Of a stretch of 64,000 nt of DNA, positions 25,584-38,249 are shown piece by piece. Under the pieces are notes generated by a model that made no database searches, was not told where the DNA came from, and saw only the letters and a list, made by a program, of their open reading frames with translations. This DNA is from Chlorokybus atmophyticus (Eukaryota; Plantae; Mesostigma and Chlorokybus algae). Position 1 is the stretch's first letter. Each line of letters begins with the position of its first letter. The stretch is taken from positions 1,060,755-1,124,754 of the forward strand of contig RHPI01002438.1 of the NCBI GenBank assembly GCA_009103225.1, read 5' to 3'. Position numbers and translations under genes: made by a program.

Positions 25584-28245
25584 ATGCCGACGACAGGGGG
25601 AACGAGGCATCATGTAGGAGAGGACGTGCCTCCTGCTGTAGGGATGTCGGCGGCGATGCCCTCAGCGTCCTCTGGCTGGCCGCCCGCCGCCCCCACACCA
25701 CGCAGGGCTTCCGCTGTTGGGTTGCCCACCAATCTGTTCAGCAGCATGAGGTTTGGTTTGTATGCTTGCGTGCTGTCAAGCAATCAAGGCAGAGTTGTGC
25801 TTTTTGCAATGATCAATTCACTATTGCAAAGCACACAATGCTGCCTGCAGCTTGCATGCAACCTTGCACAGATTGGCTCCTGCATAGCACACGCCATGCT
25901 TGCAATCAGTATGTTAGTAAATTGTGTGTGAGGACGCTGATGAGTGGACTGGACTGATTGGCACACCCATCACATTGGAAAACTGTGCATTACTTCAGAG
26001 GGCATGCCTCATATCTTGTTGAGAAATCTAGAGGGTAGCACACACTTTTAGCAAGCTGTCATGGCAATCGTTACAATCAGACTTCATGCATGCGTCTGCG
26101 AGGAAAATTTGCAGCATGTAGTGCATCAACGTCAGTGTTGTCCACGCAGCATGAGCAGAGACCGGTCGATGCCAGATTTGCGCCAGGCGCTCCTGCCCCC
26201 CAAGTCAACATCATCATCGCACGTGCACGGCAATCATCACTCCAACAACTTGTCCCCGCCGCCGAGGCCGCCGTCGCCTTTTGTGGAGAGGCTGCAAAGG
26301 CAGTTTGGCAACCGCAGCTTTGCGTGGCCGGCGTTCCTCAAGCGCGAACACGCCCGTGGAGCACAGGATTCAACAGATGTATCTCGCCGGAAGGTTATTG
26401 ATGACATGACTGGCAAGGTTAACGTGCACCGCACAGGCTTCCCCAAGCGCATGCTCTACATGCAGGTTGGAACCAATATGTGACACACATTCACTTACCA
26501 CATAGCGCTCTCAGCATGCAGCGCAGTGGCGGCCGCTTTGCTAAATCTATCAGCATTATTAGGCTTGTCTTACAAAGGGGATGCAGCTACTCACTAATCA
26601 TTGGTGTGTCAGTTCCATTCTGTCATGTTTTGCTCATTCATGGCTGTCTGTGCAGGACATTTTTCACACACTGGTCAACCTTCCCAATTACGTGTTCACC
26701 CTCATATTCTTCATAATGTATTTCCTTCTCTTCGCCATCTTCGCCGTGCCATATCTATACCAGGTACATGGGTGTAACCTGCACAAGTCCTGCAAGCATC
26801 GTCACTACAGGCAAACCAAGTGTCGATACTGCATGCAGCACTCAATAACAGGTTGCTTACTGGGTATCACATAGTTTGCAGCTGTTCAAGTTATACAGGC
26901 CAGGCATTCATACAGTTTGATCATTTATTCAGGCGCATCCTTTGCGAGGAGGTTGCATTCCAGGCGTGTCCAACTTCCTGGACGCGTTGTGGTTCAGCGT
27001 ACAAACGAGCATGACAATTGGTTATGGCGGTGACATGGTTCCGGACCCTGCGTGCATTTTGACAAATGTGCTGATCACAATCCAGTCCGTTGCGAGCCTC
27101 CTCGTAGGGTACTCCATGCTTGGCCTTGTGTACACTCGCTTCTCCGCACCGTTCAACCGCACGCAGACTATTGTGTTCTCAGCCAACATGGTTATACATG
27201 AACTCGACGGCGTCATCTGCCTCATCTTTCGCGTCGGCAACGTCCGCAAGCACCAGGTGAGCTTACAATGAGATCGTGCTCATGTAACCAACACGTGATA
27301 TATGTGACATATGTGAAGTGAGCAAGTTGCATACACAGTGGCCTTATGAACACAGAATGCATACACCATGTGTAACGCGAAGCTGTCAAGACATTGGTCA
27401 CTTACCAATGTTGATATACAGATTATTGAGGCCAGTGTAAGGGTGCTGGCAGCAATGAACGATCCGCGAACTCCAGACGAGGAGAGCGTGTTCTTGTTTC
27501 ACCATTTGCAAGTGTTGGGCGGTGAGCGGCTTTTTCTCGGCCTGCCAGTGAGCGTGCCGCACCCCATCACGCCCGAAAGCCCGCTGTATGGCCTCAGCCT
27601 CCATGACATGGAGCAGCTGGACTTGGAGGTGTTGTGTCTGCTGGAAGGGATAGATGCATCCACTTCCGCCTCAATACAAGGTCAGAGCGGCATCTGTTGC
27701 ACGCGTAAAGGTGTTGTGATACGCGCCATGACCCTGTATATGTATGTGCCTGTTGCATTGCATTGACAGAGAGGTTCAACTACGAATTACATAGAGTTTG
27801 TAAGCTTCCTCTATCTGGTTGAACACATACACCTACAGTGTGTAACCTTCGTCTCTTCTCTCGTGCAGCGTGTCACTCGTACCTTCCGGAAGAGATCTGC
27901 TACAACTACCAATTTGTGTAAGCTGACTCACTTTGCACCAATCTCGTGCTGTTTGGTTTCTGTCTAACTTCTTTTGTGCCCACAGTAACATTGTGTCTCG
28001 AGGACCAGATGGCCGCCGAGTTGTGGTAAGCATTAGGGACTGCCATGTTTGTAGTATGCTGTGCGTGGTCACTGACTGTGGCTAAGCACAGTGCACAACT
28101 CGCGCACTTCGAGTGTTGCACTGTGTATTGTTGTTGCGCATAGCAGTTGAGCAATACATTGTTGGTGCAGGATTTTGCTAGGTTTGATGACATACTTCCA
28201 GTGGCAGACGATTGCATCCCGTCGCGCAACCCACACGATGTCTAG
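25584..28245 (+). CDS. Inward-rectifier K+ channel (Kir family), multi-exon
   Basis: DIFHTLVNLP, TM1, FLDALWFSVQTSMTIGYGG pore, TM2, IVFS, LIFRVGNVRKHQIIEASVR, LLEGIDASTSASIQ, HSYLPEEI, DFARFD. Exon 1 (25584-25750) joins in phase to 26150. Confidence 0.9.
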
Positions 28246-28760
28246 TCTCAATCACCCATTGAGTTTGGGCCTACAGCCAGCCGGTGAAGGGCATGACCTG
28301 TACATTTTTGGGTCCAGCTGTGGTAGGCCCATCTCGTCTGTTTGATTTCCAGTTTTGACATGTAACGTACAACTCACTAGTATTAGCTGCAGCTTGCGCA
28401 CTGTGTGACCGGTGAACTGCTGCTGTAGATGCATGTACAGCACTGCGCTGCGGTCAACTAGGTTGATCCGCCAGTTGGCTGTATCGTTCCGTGCGACTAT
28501 ATCAGACTCTGTATCAACGCTCATTGTGAGAGTACGGAGCATCATCAATCACCGCTTTGATTTACACTGTCAAGGGATGGCGTACTTCAGAAGCCACAAA
28601 AATACTACTTAGACATGCCATAAAGCGCTTGGTTTCAACGGCACCTCAGCATACCGTACATATTCATCCCAGCCCTTGTCAAGATCGCTGTGCCCCATTT
28701 GAGCCTGCCCCAAACAGTAGAGTTAACATGTATGCAGACTCAACAAACAGTACTTGTAGT

Positions 28761-29530
28761 TTAGTCGGTTGTGTCATGCGTCCATACTCGAGCTTCGTCG
28801 ATGTTGTAGTAGTGGAGGCAGAGAAAGCCAGTGCAAACGCGCCTCAGGGTGACCTGCTGCACGAGAATGCAGTTGGCGACGGGCACTTGCACGTTAACAC
28901 ATGCAGATCATGCGAACGCACTTGGTAGGCATCCGCACATGCAGGTAATGCGGACCTTCTCAAGGCAGCTGCTTGAAGGCTGCACTGAGCTTGCATCATT
29001 GTCTGTCGCCATCATGATCGCAGCGGCCTCATGATCAAGCGTAGGAAGGTAAGCAGCGGGCAGTAGTTCGGCAAGCTAGCCAGCAAAACGCGACAACAGA
29101 ACGACGACTTGCAGACACAGCATTTGCCGCACGGCACATGCAAAGCACAGGCGCTGTGCCAGCCCAGACAGAGACAGAGAGCTATAGCCCTGAGCTGCTC
29201 TACGGCTGTCTACAGATGCTCCGGAAGCGCAAGTCGAGGCTAAACAACAGCAACGACAGCTGCTGCCGTAGCAGCTGTCGTTGCTGTTGCCGGCGTTGTC
29301 GTGGTACAAGCGCATACGGCCCACCGTTCCTACCTTGTGGTGGCAGCAGAGCAGCTGGTGGACTGCTGGCAGCGGTCGCCGCTGACCTGTGTGACTTCCT
29401 CCGACTGCCAATTGCTGAAAGCAGAGCCCAACCACATTACCAACCACGTCAATCCGATCCTCACATACGCCAGATCGCACACGCCGCCGCCGCCGCCGCC
29501 ACCGCCGACGGCGGCGTCGTCGGCGCGCAC
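28761..29530 (-). other. Copy A of a diverged duplicated segment, probably an unidentified small gene
   Basis: Clear homology to about 32954-33575. Putative terminal exon 28853-28761 encodes VTLRRVCTGFLCLHYYNIDEARVWTHDTTD*. Confidence 0.5.
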
Positions 29531-30315
29531 CCAGCGCGACCAACACTCCTCCTATGCTGCTAGCTGGCAGGCAAACCCTTGCACAACACGCCACTACAGC
29601 AGGGCAGCTGTGAGGACGACAATGGCGGCGCCGGCCCTGACAAGCACGTCCTTGATCAATTTCGGCCCCCGCCCAGCTACCCCTGGTCGAATCGACCTGG
29701 TCGACATGCAGTCTGCTGCCGGTACGCGTTCACCATTCGAGCTGTCGGCCCTGCACAGTGTATGGTACTTTGATGCAACAGGCATAGGGTACATGTAGAT
29801 CGATGATCGGCACATCGTGCACGGTCGTGTGAAGCCGACATCATGTACAAGTCACGGAGTCATCAACGCAAGCAAGGCAAACAGACTCTGCGCACAGCAT
29901 TACACCCGCCCCTGCGTGGGCCCCACTTGGGGGCCACGCAGACCAAATGCATAGCGTGCATGCAAGTCAAGCAACATGCACACGCAAGGCAATTAGCATG
30001 CGCGTATAAACAATAGCCATGCACATACACCATGACCGTCACTGGTAGTCATGGTTTGACCACAGGACTTGAAAAGTTGTTCATGTGAAGTTGCAACATG
30101 ACATTTCAACATGACATTTCACCAACGAGGTTTTCCTTTGTGTTCACGTAAGATAAATGTTATAATGTTAAAGAGAATGTGCTACATTACTAATTTATAG
30201 TATAGTAGTTGCACCATGCGGCTCCAAACTCAAATGCATGTGCGAATCTGAACGTATACATTACGTTGCAGTGCATGCTTCTTAAATGCATGCATTCAAG
30301 AGGGGGGAAGGGGGG

Positions 30316-30487
30316 CCACCGCCAGAAAAATGCCCCTGCCCCAAAGATAGGGCCATTGAGCACCGCGCGCCACCAGCAACGTACAACTTAAACTCGGGGC
30401 AGTTTAGGGCTACATCGCACCGCGCGTCATCAAGTTGTAAGTCGAAATGGCCCTATTTTCGGGGCAGGGGCATTTTTTTGGCGGTGG
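30316..30487. mobile_element. MITE-like foldback element with ~42-bp terminal inverted repeats
   Basis: 30316-30357 ccaccgccagaaaaatgcccctgccccaaagatagggccatt matches the reverse complement of 30446-30487 with 3 mismatches. No TSD could be identified. Confidence 0.65.
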
Positions 30488-31255
30488 GACCTTGCGGAAA
30501 GGGTGGACTTTCACTTGTGTAACAACATTATGTGCACACATTACTGCCGCATGTAATAACTGCTTGTAATGCATGCGCGCATGCCGCATGGTGCAACTAT
30601 GCTTGAATGTGATCATCACAACCGCTACAATACCAATTGATTAACTGCAGAGAGCATCGGATTGTTCTTCTCATCATTATCAAGTTGCATGTGTTTGATT
30701 GTGACTTAAACTCTTCAGCAGCTGTCCTTATGCACATGCGCATGTGCAAAAACCATTGTGAGAAAAACCATCAAGCTGTTTTGCAATAGCGCTCAAGTTT
30801 AAAATTTGCATGTTCACAAAGCTGCTAGCTAATGTGATTGCAAAGTAGGGATCATAGTAACTTGCTAAGCCAATGGCGGCCACAATGTGAATTTCCGAAT
30901 CTGGCAATGATTAAATGTAGTGGTGTACACACAAGTTACATTGTCGCTGAAGCTGTGTGTGTGTGGAGAGGCGCATACACTCTGCAAGTGTACATGATAT
31001 ATGACGTGCTATTAGGCACATGCATGTAATGCACCACAACCACTCAAGCATTACATGCACACTAGTATACATTTCACCGTTGTCACCACCGGTCTAATCT
31101 ACAGCACTAAACTCCCAGCTACTAGACTTCCTCGTTGCACATGCATGTACATGCACACGTTTATCATTACCTGCCCAAACGGGCTGCTGCTAGTCGCTGG
31201 TGTTAACGGGCAGCATGGCAATCACAATGCCGACAACTCCCTCCCTTTCGCTCTC

Positions 31256-31763
31256 TGTAACAGTTGGGGCCCGACCACTAGGCTATAGTAGTAAAAGACA
31301 CTACCATGAGTGAGGTCTGTCACAATTTATCCCAATTCGTGACATTCCTCCCCAATTTAACCCATGAGTTCCTCATAATCCAATGAGGCACTAGCCCACG
31401 TCGCCGTTTTCGCGGCCGTACCACAATTGGTCTGCCCGCGGCCTATTGGATCCGGCCCACGAACGGTCCTGACCGACCGAACGGCCATCCTCACCGCGCG
31501 ACCTGCCATCGCAACGCGACCGTTCACGCGGCCTTGGGTTGAACTGGCTCGGCGCGCAGGTCGTGATCCCGCGCCCAGCCTAGGGCAAGCCGCCCCAAAT
31601 GTTTATGTTTTTGCCTTGGATCTGCCTCAGTCCCCTACGGGAATTGAACCAAAGACGTCAAGCTCCGAAACCATTGTAACAGTTGGGGCCCGACCATTAG
31701 GCTATGGTATAAAAAGACACTACCATGAGTGAGGTCTGTCACAATTTATCCCAATTCGTGACA
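31256..31763 (-). mobile_element. TRIM (non-autonomous LTR retrotransposon), family 1
   Basis: 89-bp LTRs at 31256-31344 and 31675-31763 with TG...CA ends and 4 mismatches. 5-bp TSD CTCTC at 31251-31255 and 31764-31768. PBS TGGTTTCGGAGC at 31673-31662 and PPT GGGGAGGAA at 31353-31345 on the minus strand. Confidence 0.93.
31640..31704 (-). promoter_or_regulatory. Putative type-2 Pol III promoter in TRIM 1 (A box in LTR, B box internal)
   Basis: A box TAGCCTAATGG (31704-31694) fits TRGCNNARYGG. B box GGTTCAATTCC (31650-31640) fits GGTTCRANNCC. The spacer is 43 nt. Confidence 0.7.
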
Positions 31764-32953
31764 CTCTCCCTCTTCCCCGCCACTCTCTGCATCTCGCCGC
31801 TCATGCCGCGGCCTTGGCTGCCATTCTACCCTAACCCTCGCTGCGTGCTGCCTACGTCAGCACTACACGCGCAGGGCCGTTCAGGTGGGAGCTGTTCTGC
31901 TGGTAGATTGGTGTCATTGGTAGTTCGGTGGTGCTGGCAGTTAGGTGCTGGTGGTTGGGTTGGGTGGTGGGGTTGGGCGCTCACGCCCTGGGCACGGGCA
32001 AGCATGCACGAGGAGCAAGCTGCGTTACCATGCAGCTTGCTCCTCGTGCATGCTCACTGTCCAGTCCAGTGTGCTACCTAGCGAAGAGTTTGGGCCAGCC
32101 CTTTGCAGCGTGTGTACTCGTGTGCTTGCTGTTATTAAGCCTGCCTGACCAACATGGTTGTGAGCACGGTTGAGCATTACTGCAATTGCTCGAAATGCTG
32201 CATGATTCAATAAGAGTCTATGTGCAGCTGCTATACGGCCTATACAGCAGACACCATTTGTGTAGTCCTATGCTAAAGTACATTGTTATAACTTATAATA
32301 TTGTCCTTCATGCTGAGCATGACGAAGTGCTGCAGCACCCGATTGATTAGCACTTGAACCACATCTGCAACTTCATAACAACCAATATGTGAATGTAAAC
32401 TCTGCAGTGCCTTTTTCCCATTGCACACAAACCCACTACCTACTTGTATGTGATTGGCTACAGTATGACATTACTATACAAGGTCCATTCTACGAGCATG
32501 TGCTGAGAAAAGCAAGTGCTTGGCCTCAGTGGTGTGCGCTCTGCTGATGCGGCCAGAGAACAGACTGAGAACCCTGCTCAGCGAGGCCTGGTGATTGCCC
32601 AAGACACATGCCTTGGCAGCAATCAATCGCACTTTGCATGACGGGAGTGGAGTGTAGATCGAGCTGGACTGACTTGTCCTTCCTGACTCTGCCACACTGT
32701 AGACGCGTGTCACGCTGGAAGCTTACTCGTCAAGAGGTCTGCTACTTAGAGTCAAGAAGGCTCATCACAAGCTTACCATGGGCGAGCGAGGAGACGCATT
32801 CGCCAATGTGACTTCTGAACTTCTGGTATTGCCGCACATCAGGTTCTGATCTGCTTAGCCGGACATATTCATCCCAGTCCCTTTTCCAGATCGCTTAAGC
32901 AATGAACCTGCACAAGACAGTAGAGTTAACCAATGTAAAGCTCAACTGTAATA

Positions 32954-33575
32954 CTACTCAGTTGTATTATGCGTCCACACTCGAGCTTCTTTCTTGTTGA
33001 AGTAATGGAGGCATAGCAAGCAAGTGCACACACGCCTTAGGGTGACCTGCTGCACGAGAATGCAGATAGTGTCGGGCACTTGCACGTGAACACATGCAGG
33101 TATTGCCAACCTCATAAGCTCTACGCGGACATTGTTCCACGGCATTGCTTGAAGGCTGCACTGAGCTTGTTGCGTCAACGTTTGTCGCCATTGTGCTCGC
33201 AGCAGCTGCGTGAGCAAGTAAGCAGCGGGCAGTAGAGAAGGACAAGAACGTAGCCAGCGACAAGCGACAACAGCACCATGAGTTACACGCACAGCACTTG
33301 TTGCACGGCACATGCAAGCATAGGCGCCTGCCAGCCAAGACAGTCAGAACACATAGAACTATAGCCCTGAGCTGCTCTACGGCTGTCTACTAGTGCTTCG
33401 GTAGCGCAAATGACGAGGCCAACAACAGCAAGTACAGCTGCTGCCGTAGCAGCTGTCGTTGCTATTGCCGGCGTCGTCATCCAAACACATACGGCCTACC
33501 ATTCCTACCTTGGGGTTGGCAGCAAAGCAGCTGGCCGCGGCGGTCTGGTGGCAGCGGTCGCCTGACCCCTGACCT
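32954..33575 (-). other. Copy B of the diverged duplicated segment; its 5' part runs into an N gap
   Basis: Putative terminal exon 33046-32954 encodes VTLRRVCTCLLCLHYFNKKEARVWTHNTTE*. Confidence 0.5.
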
Positions 33576-33627
33576 CTAACTTGCAGCGCACAAAGCATGC
33601 ACAAATAGTTAAGGAAAAAGAGAGGGG

Positions 33628-34251
33628 NNNNNNNNNNNNNNNNNNNNNNNNNNNNNNNNNNNNNNNNNNNNNNNNNNNNNNNNNNNNNNNNNNNNNNNNN
33701 NNNNNNNNNNNNNNNNNNNNNNNNNNNNNNNNNNNNNNNNNNNNNNNNNNNNNNNNNNNNNNNNNNNNNNNNNNNNNNNNNNNNNNNNNNNNNNNNNNNN
33801 NNNNNNNNNNNNNNNNNNNNNNNNNNNNNNNNNNNNNNNNNNNNNNNNNNNNNNNNNNNNNNNNNNNNNNNNNNNNNNNNNNNNNNNNNNNNNNNNNNNN
33901 NNNNNNNNNNNNNNNNNNNNNNNNNNNNNNNNNNNNNNNNNNNNNNNNNNNNNNNNNNNNNNNNNNNNNNNNNNNNNNNNNNNNNNNNNNNNNNNNNNNN
34001 NNNNNNNNNNNNNNNNNNNNNNNNNNNNNNNNNNNNNNNNNNNNNNNNNNNNNNNNNNNNNNNNNNNNNNNNNNNNNNNNNNNNNNNNNNNNNNNNNNNN
34101 NNNNNNNNNNNNNNNNNNNNNNNNNNNNNNNNNNNNNNNNNNNNNNNNNNNNNNNNNNNNNNNNNNNNNNNNNNNNNNNNNNNNNNNNNNNNNNNNNNNN
34201 NNNNNNNNNNNNNNNNNNNNNNNNNNNNNNNNNNNNNNNNNNNNNNNNNNN
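33628..34251. other. Assembly gap (N run) flanked by G runs
   Basis: Run of N. Confidence 1.
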
Positions 34252-35108
34252 GGGGGCTTATGGTGACACACAGCGAAACATGCGATGATGAGTATGAGCA
34301 AAGAGTACCGCCGTATAGTGTGTCGACACTTATTATCTGCTAGCACACGAAGTAGACATGGTACGCCACATACCATGTCTACTTCGTACAAGCGGTAGAG
34401 TATTAGTGATACTCTACCGCTTGTTGGTTTCATTAGCACATCACTCGGCATGGAAATGTTGACCTTACCTGCTTGCTATGTTTCATGGGACACACAAGGA
34501 TTGCCGTAGGTAAACTGCGACAATGCATGCACAGGGTGGGGCTGTAGCGGTAGTGCTATGTAGTATAGCCCGGTACCATGCGGTCGTAATTGATCTGCTG
34601 CGTGAGAAAAGTGCTTGTGATATATGGTGAAGTGGAATGGCATGCAAGGCATGTTGAACATGTGCAAAACAACAATTGTAAGTGTAGCGGATGCAAAAGG
34701 CAATTGGCATATGCAAAACATATGTGCATATGCAGTGCCATAAATTCAACCACCACCCACCAATTCAACCACCGGGCCAAGGCATGCGCCTGCATGCTAT
34801 CTATCAACTACCACTAGCCCTAACCCTTACCTGCCCCCCTGTCAGCCATGCATGCATGCATGCATGGCAATGTCAATCACTAATACAAGCGCCATGGTGT
34901 GTTTGTTGTTGATTTGCATGCCACAGTTGCATCGCATAAAGTATACACATAGAGGAGTTGCCCTCAGCTTGTTTGGAAGGAGTCACATCTCCCAAACACA
35001 CGTGCTAGTCTTACCACATATAGAGTGCAAAGACATAGTCCATTACAGCTACGGCAGCCTTAATACTACAGCGAACTGACTTGAAACCAATAACAAAAAT
35101 CTAATACG

Positions 35109-38100
35109 CTAAGCTAGAAGCGCCTTCACAACAGCCCTCACGCTGAGCTTGCGCAAATCAGTGTAGTCCTGCCCGCATCCGACAAACATGATGGGAGCGC
35201 CGCTGGTGTACGCCATGGACAAGGCAGCACCCACCTTGTCATCAATCGTATCAAACTTAGTCAGCAGGATGCCATCGATCAAGCGAGGAGTGGTCAGAGT
35301 GGACAAGTCTGCAAGCTTCTGATTGAACTTGGTCAACTGATCAACCGCGTCGTTGCCAACGAGGGCCTCGCCGACAAACAGCACAAGATCGGGCTCGTTC
35401 ATTGTGACGAGTTTGGCCAGCGCACGCATAAGCGGCTCGTTGTCTTGCATGCGTCCCGCCGTGTCAATCAGCACAACATCCTTGCGGTCACGCTGGGCCT
35501 GCTTGATAGCGTCCATGGCAACGGCAGCGGGGTCCTTCTCGTACCCGCGCTCAAATAGTGGGACTTGCAGGCGGCTGCAATGCGTTCTCAGCTGCTCGAC
35601 TGCGCCGGCTCTGAATGTGTCGCACGCAGCGATGAGCACAGAGATGTCGTGTTGCTGAAGCCAATACGCCACTTTGGCTAGGTTTGTGGACTTGCCGACG
35701 CCGTTCACGCCAACAAAGACAATCGTGTACGGGCTGCCACGCTCGCGTGCCCCGAGCACGTCGCGCAGGATGTCAGTCGACCTGCGAGGGGTAAGTATGC
35801 GCACTAACGCCTCTTCCATGGCGGAGCGCACGATGGTGGACACACGCGTGAAGGACGCCTGCCGCCTCCCGACCAAACTTGCCGACACGCTTTCGCAAAG
35901 CTTCTCGGCTATCTCCTCAGCGACGTTCTTTGTCATCAGCTTCTCCTTCAATGCCTTCAGCACAGGCTGCACATCCTCCCTTTCAAGAGCCTGCTTTCCT
36001 GTGACACTGCAACACACAACCAATGGTTCAAAAAGACATACGCGTAAACACGTGCGTGCACATGCACACAGCATAGACCTTAACACGTGCATGCATCCAT
36101 GCATATGCACGGCAGATGTGTGTGCATGTAGTTGCCAACCGCTTACGCATGAGCACACACTCACAGAAATGAATATTTTCAATTTAAGCAGTCCCAGAAA
36201 GCGACTGACTGGGCTTGAAGCGCACCTGCTGAATACAGACGTCAACCAGCCACCCTTCTTCGCCGCACCAGAGCCAGCAGCTTGATCGCTTCCATCCTCT
36301 TCGCCATCAGAGTCATCAGAGGCCGCTGCCTCCTCTTCATCCATAAACGACTGACCAATCGCTGCTGGGCGATGCTGAGCTTCGCCCAAGCTCTCATATC
36401 CACTTGACACACCCGCATCACTGAAGTCAAGCTTCTCTGGCCCATCAACCCACTTCCTCATCACCTGCACAAAGACACAACAAGATCCTAGTCATCAGTG
36501 TCAACACCACATCACGTGCCAACAAGCACACACGTCCACAACCATCTCACCTTGCTGGGCTTCTTCTTGTCCGAGTCCTTCTTCTCATCGCCGCTCTTCG
36601 CAGTGGTGGAAGTAATAGCCTTAGACCCTTTCTTCCCGCCGGCCTTTGCGCGCAACTTGGACACGTCGAACGCACCATTGCCACCGTCACTCTTATCAGG
36701 AGTGCCGTTGGCAAGCGGAGGCTTGCCGGAGGCGGGCTTTGCATCTGAATCCGCTTCATCCTCATCATCTTTGCCCTTTGAAACACCAACAATATATTGA
36801 GACAAATTCTGCAACAAGCATGGATGCCATTCAATGTGTGTCTCAACCTTGACCATGCATAGCACCTGTTGTGATAAGGCGGTGGAGCCCGCGCCAGCTC
36901 TTGATGATGCTCCCGAAGTTGGTTTCGCCTTCTCTTTTGATGACGGCAGACGCTTGTCCTGATAAGACGCGGCTGCTTTGGGTCTTCGTGCTGCATCTGC
37001 TTGATCCTCGGCTTCGCGTAAGAGGTGATCGAAGCGAGCAGCTAACTTGGGATAGTCATACACACCTGCACGATGTTAAACTGTGATCAACTACTGTGAT
37101 GCGTACCTAGCATGGAACGCCGCACAATGGTTTGTGTGCTTGTGTGCGTGCATGCTTGCATGTGTGCGTGTGCACGTGCGTATATGCACATGCGCGTGTA
37201 TGTCTGTATGTGTACACGCAGGAGGGCATATGTGTGTGAGCGTATACGTGCGCGCATGCACTTGTGCGCTCGCGTGCGCGCTCATTCATGTGCACGTGCG
37301 TGCGTGTGTGCACGCACACGAAAAGATATGTTAGAAGCCAGTCATGTCTTCTGGGTACCTGATCGGTAGTGACTGGCAGCAAACTCCTCTTTAAGCATGT
37401 GCAGCAGTTGGTCCACGTACAGCAATGTGAGCAGCTTTGAGTAGGCAGCCACGAAGACAAGCCCAAGCTCGTTATGCATGCACCACGCCAGTACCTAAAG
37501 CAACAACAAGTGTTCAAGGTCTAATGATGCAGTTCTCTCATTGATTATTTGTTATTTCTGTAATCTGTCTTTGCCAGCTTGGGTATATGCTGCTTTGCAC
37601 CAGGATCCTGGCTTGGCTAATCCTGGCTAAGGCTGGCTTCATTGGTTGCAATTGGGACGGCAGCTTAAGATGCTTGCAGATTACAGCGAATGTTCCTTTA
37701 CGACTTTCAACAACGCTACGACGAAAGTGAAGTTGATATGCAAGCACTAACTCTTTGTTCTCAAATGCAATTGGTTAATCACCAACTCAAAGTGATGCAT
37801 AGTTCCAGCACTGACACGCTGAACACGCTGAGCGCAGCACAGCAGAGTCAACAAATTGTTGTGCAAAGTTGCCTTGGTTCTGCATAGAGAGAGAGTTGTT
37901 TGCTCTTTAAAAAATTGACCTTCAACAAGCTGAACACAGACTGCTAAACAGAATAGCCTTGAGAAACCAAACACTAGCGTTGACACTGTGACTGCTAATG
38001 TGTATGTTGCGAGAATACATTGACAAGCTGCAAGCAGCAGAGACATGTTGTGACCTGAGCACCAATGGTAACTTTCTGAGCTCCAGCTGATCCCTGACCC

Positions 38101-38249
38101 TTTCCCTCAAGCAGTGCGCCCCTGACCAGGGCGTCCACCGGGCCGGGGGCGGCCGAGCTGGCGGAGTCACCGCCGCCGCTGGCGCTGTCGCTCTGCCAGC
38201 GCCAAAGCACCATCCCGCCTGTTGTAAACACCCATACCAGGTCCAACAT
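35109..38249 (-). CDS. SRPRA: Signal recognition particle receptor alpha subunit
   Basis: Longin N-terminus MLDLVWVFTTGGMVLW and HNELGLVFVAAY. GTPase motifs FVGVNGVGKSTNLAKVAYWL, DTFRAGAVEQL, DTAGRMQDNEPLM, TKFDTIDDKVGA, GCGQDYTDL. Confidence 0.96.
37125..37322. repeat. Long, largely alternating purine-pyrimidine (TG/CA/CG/TA) tract in an SRPRA intron
   Basis: About 190 bp of gtgtgcgtgcatgc-type sequence. Confidence 0.75.

Noticed and set aside
31640-31704. A genuine tRNA gene
   Set aside because: A and B boxes are present, but I could not form acceptor or anticodon stems, and the segment spans an LTR end and PBS.
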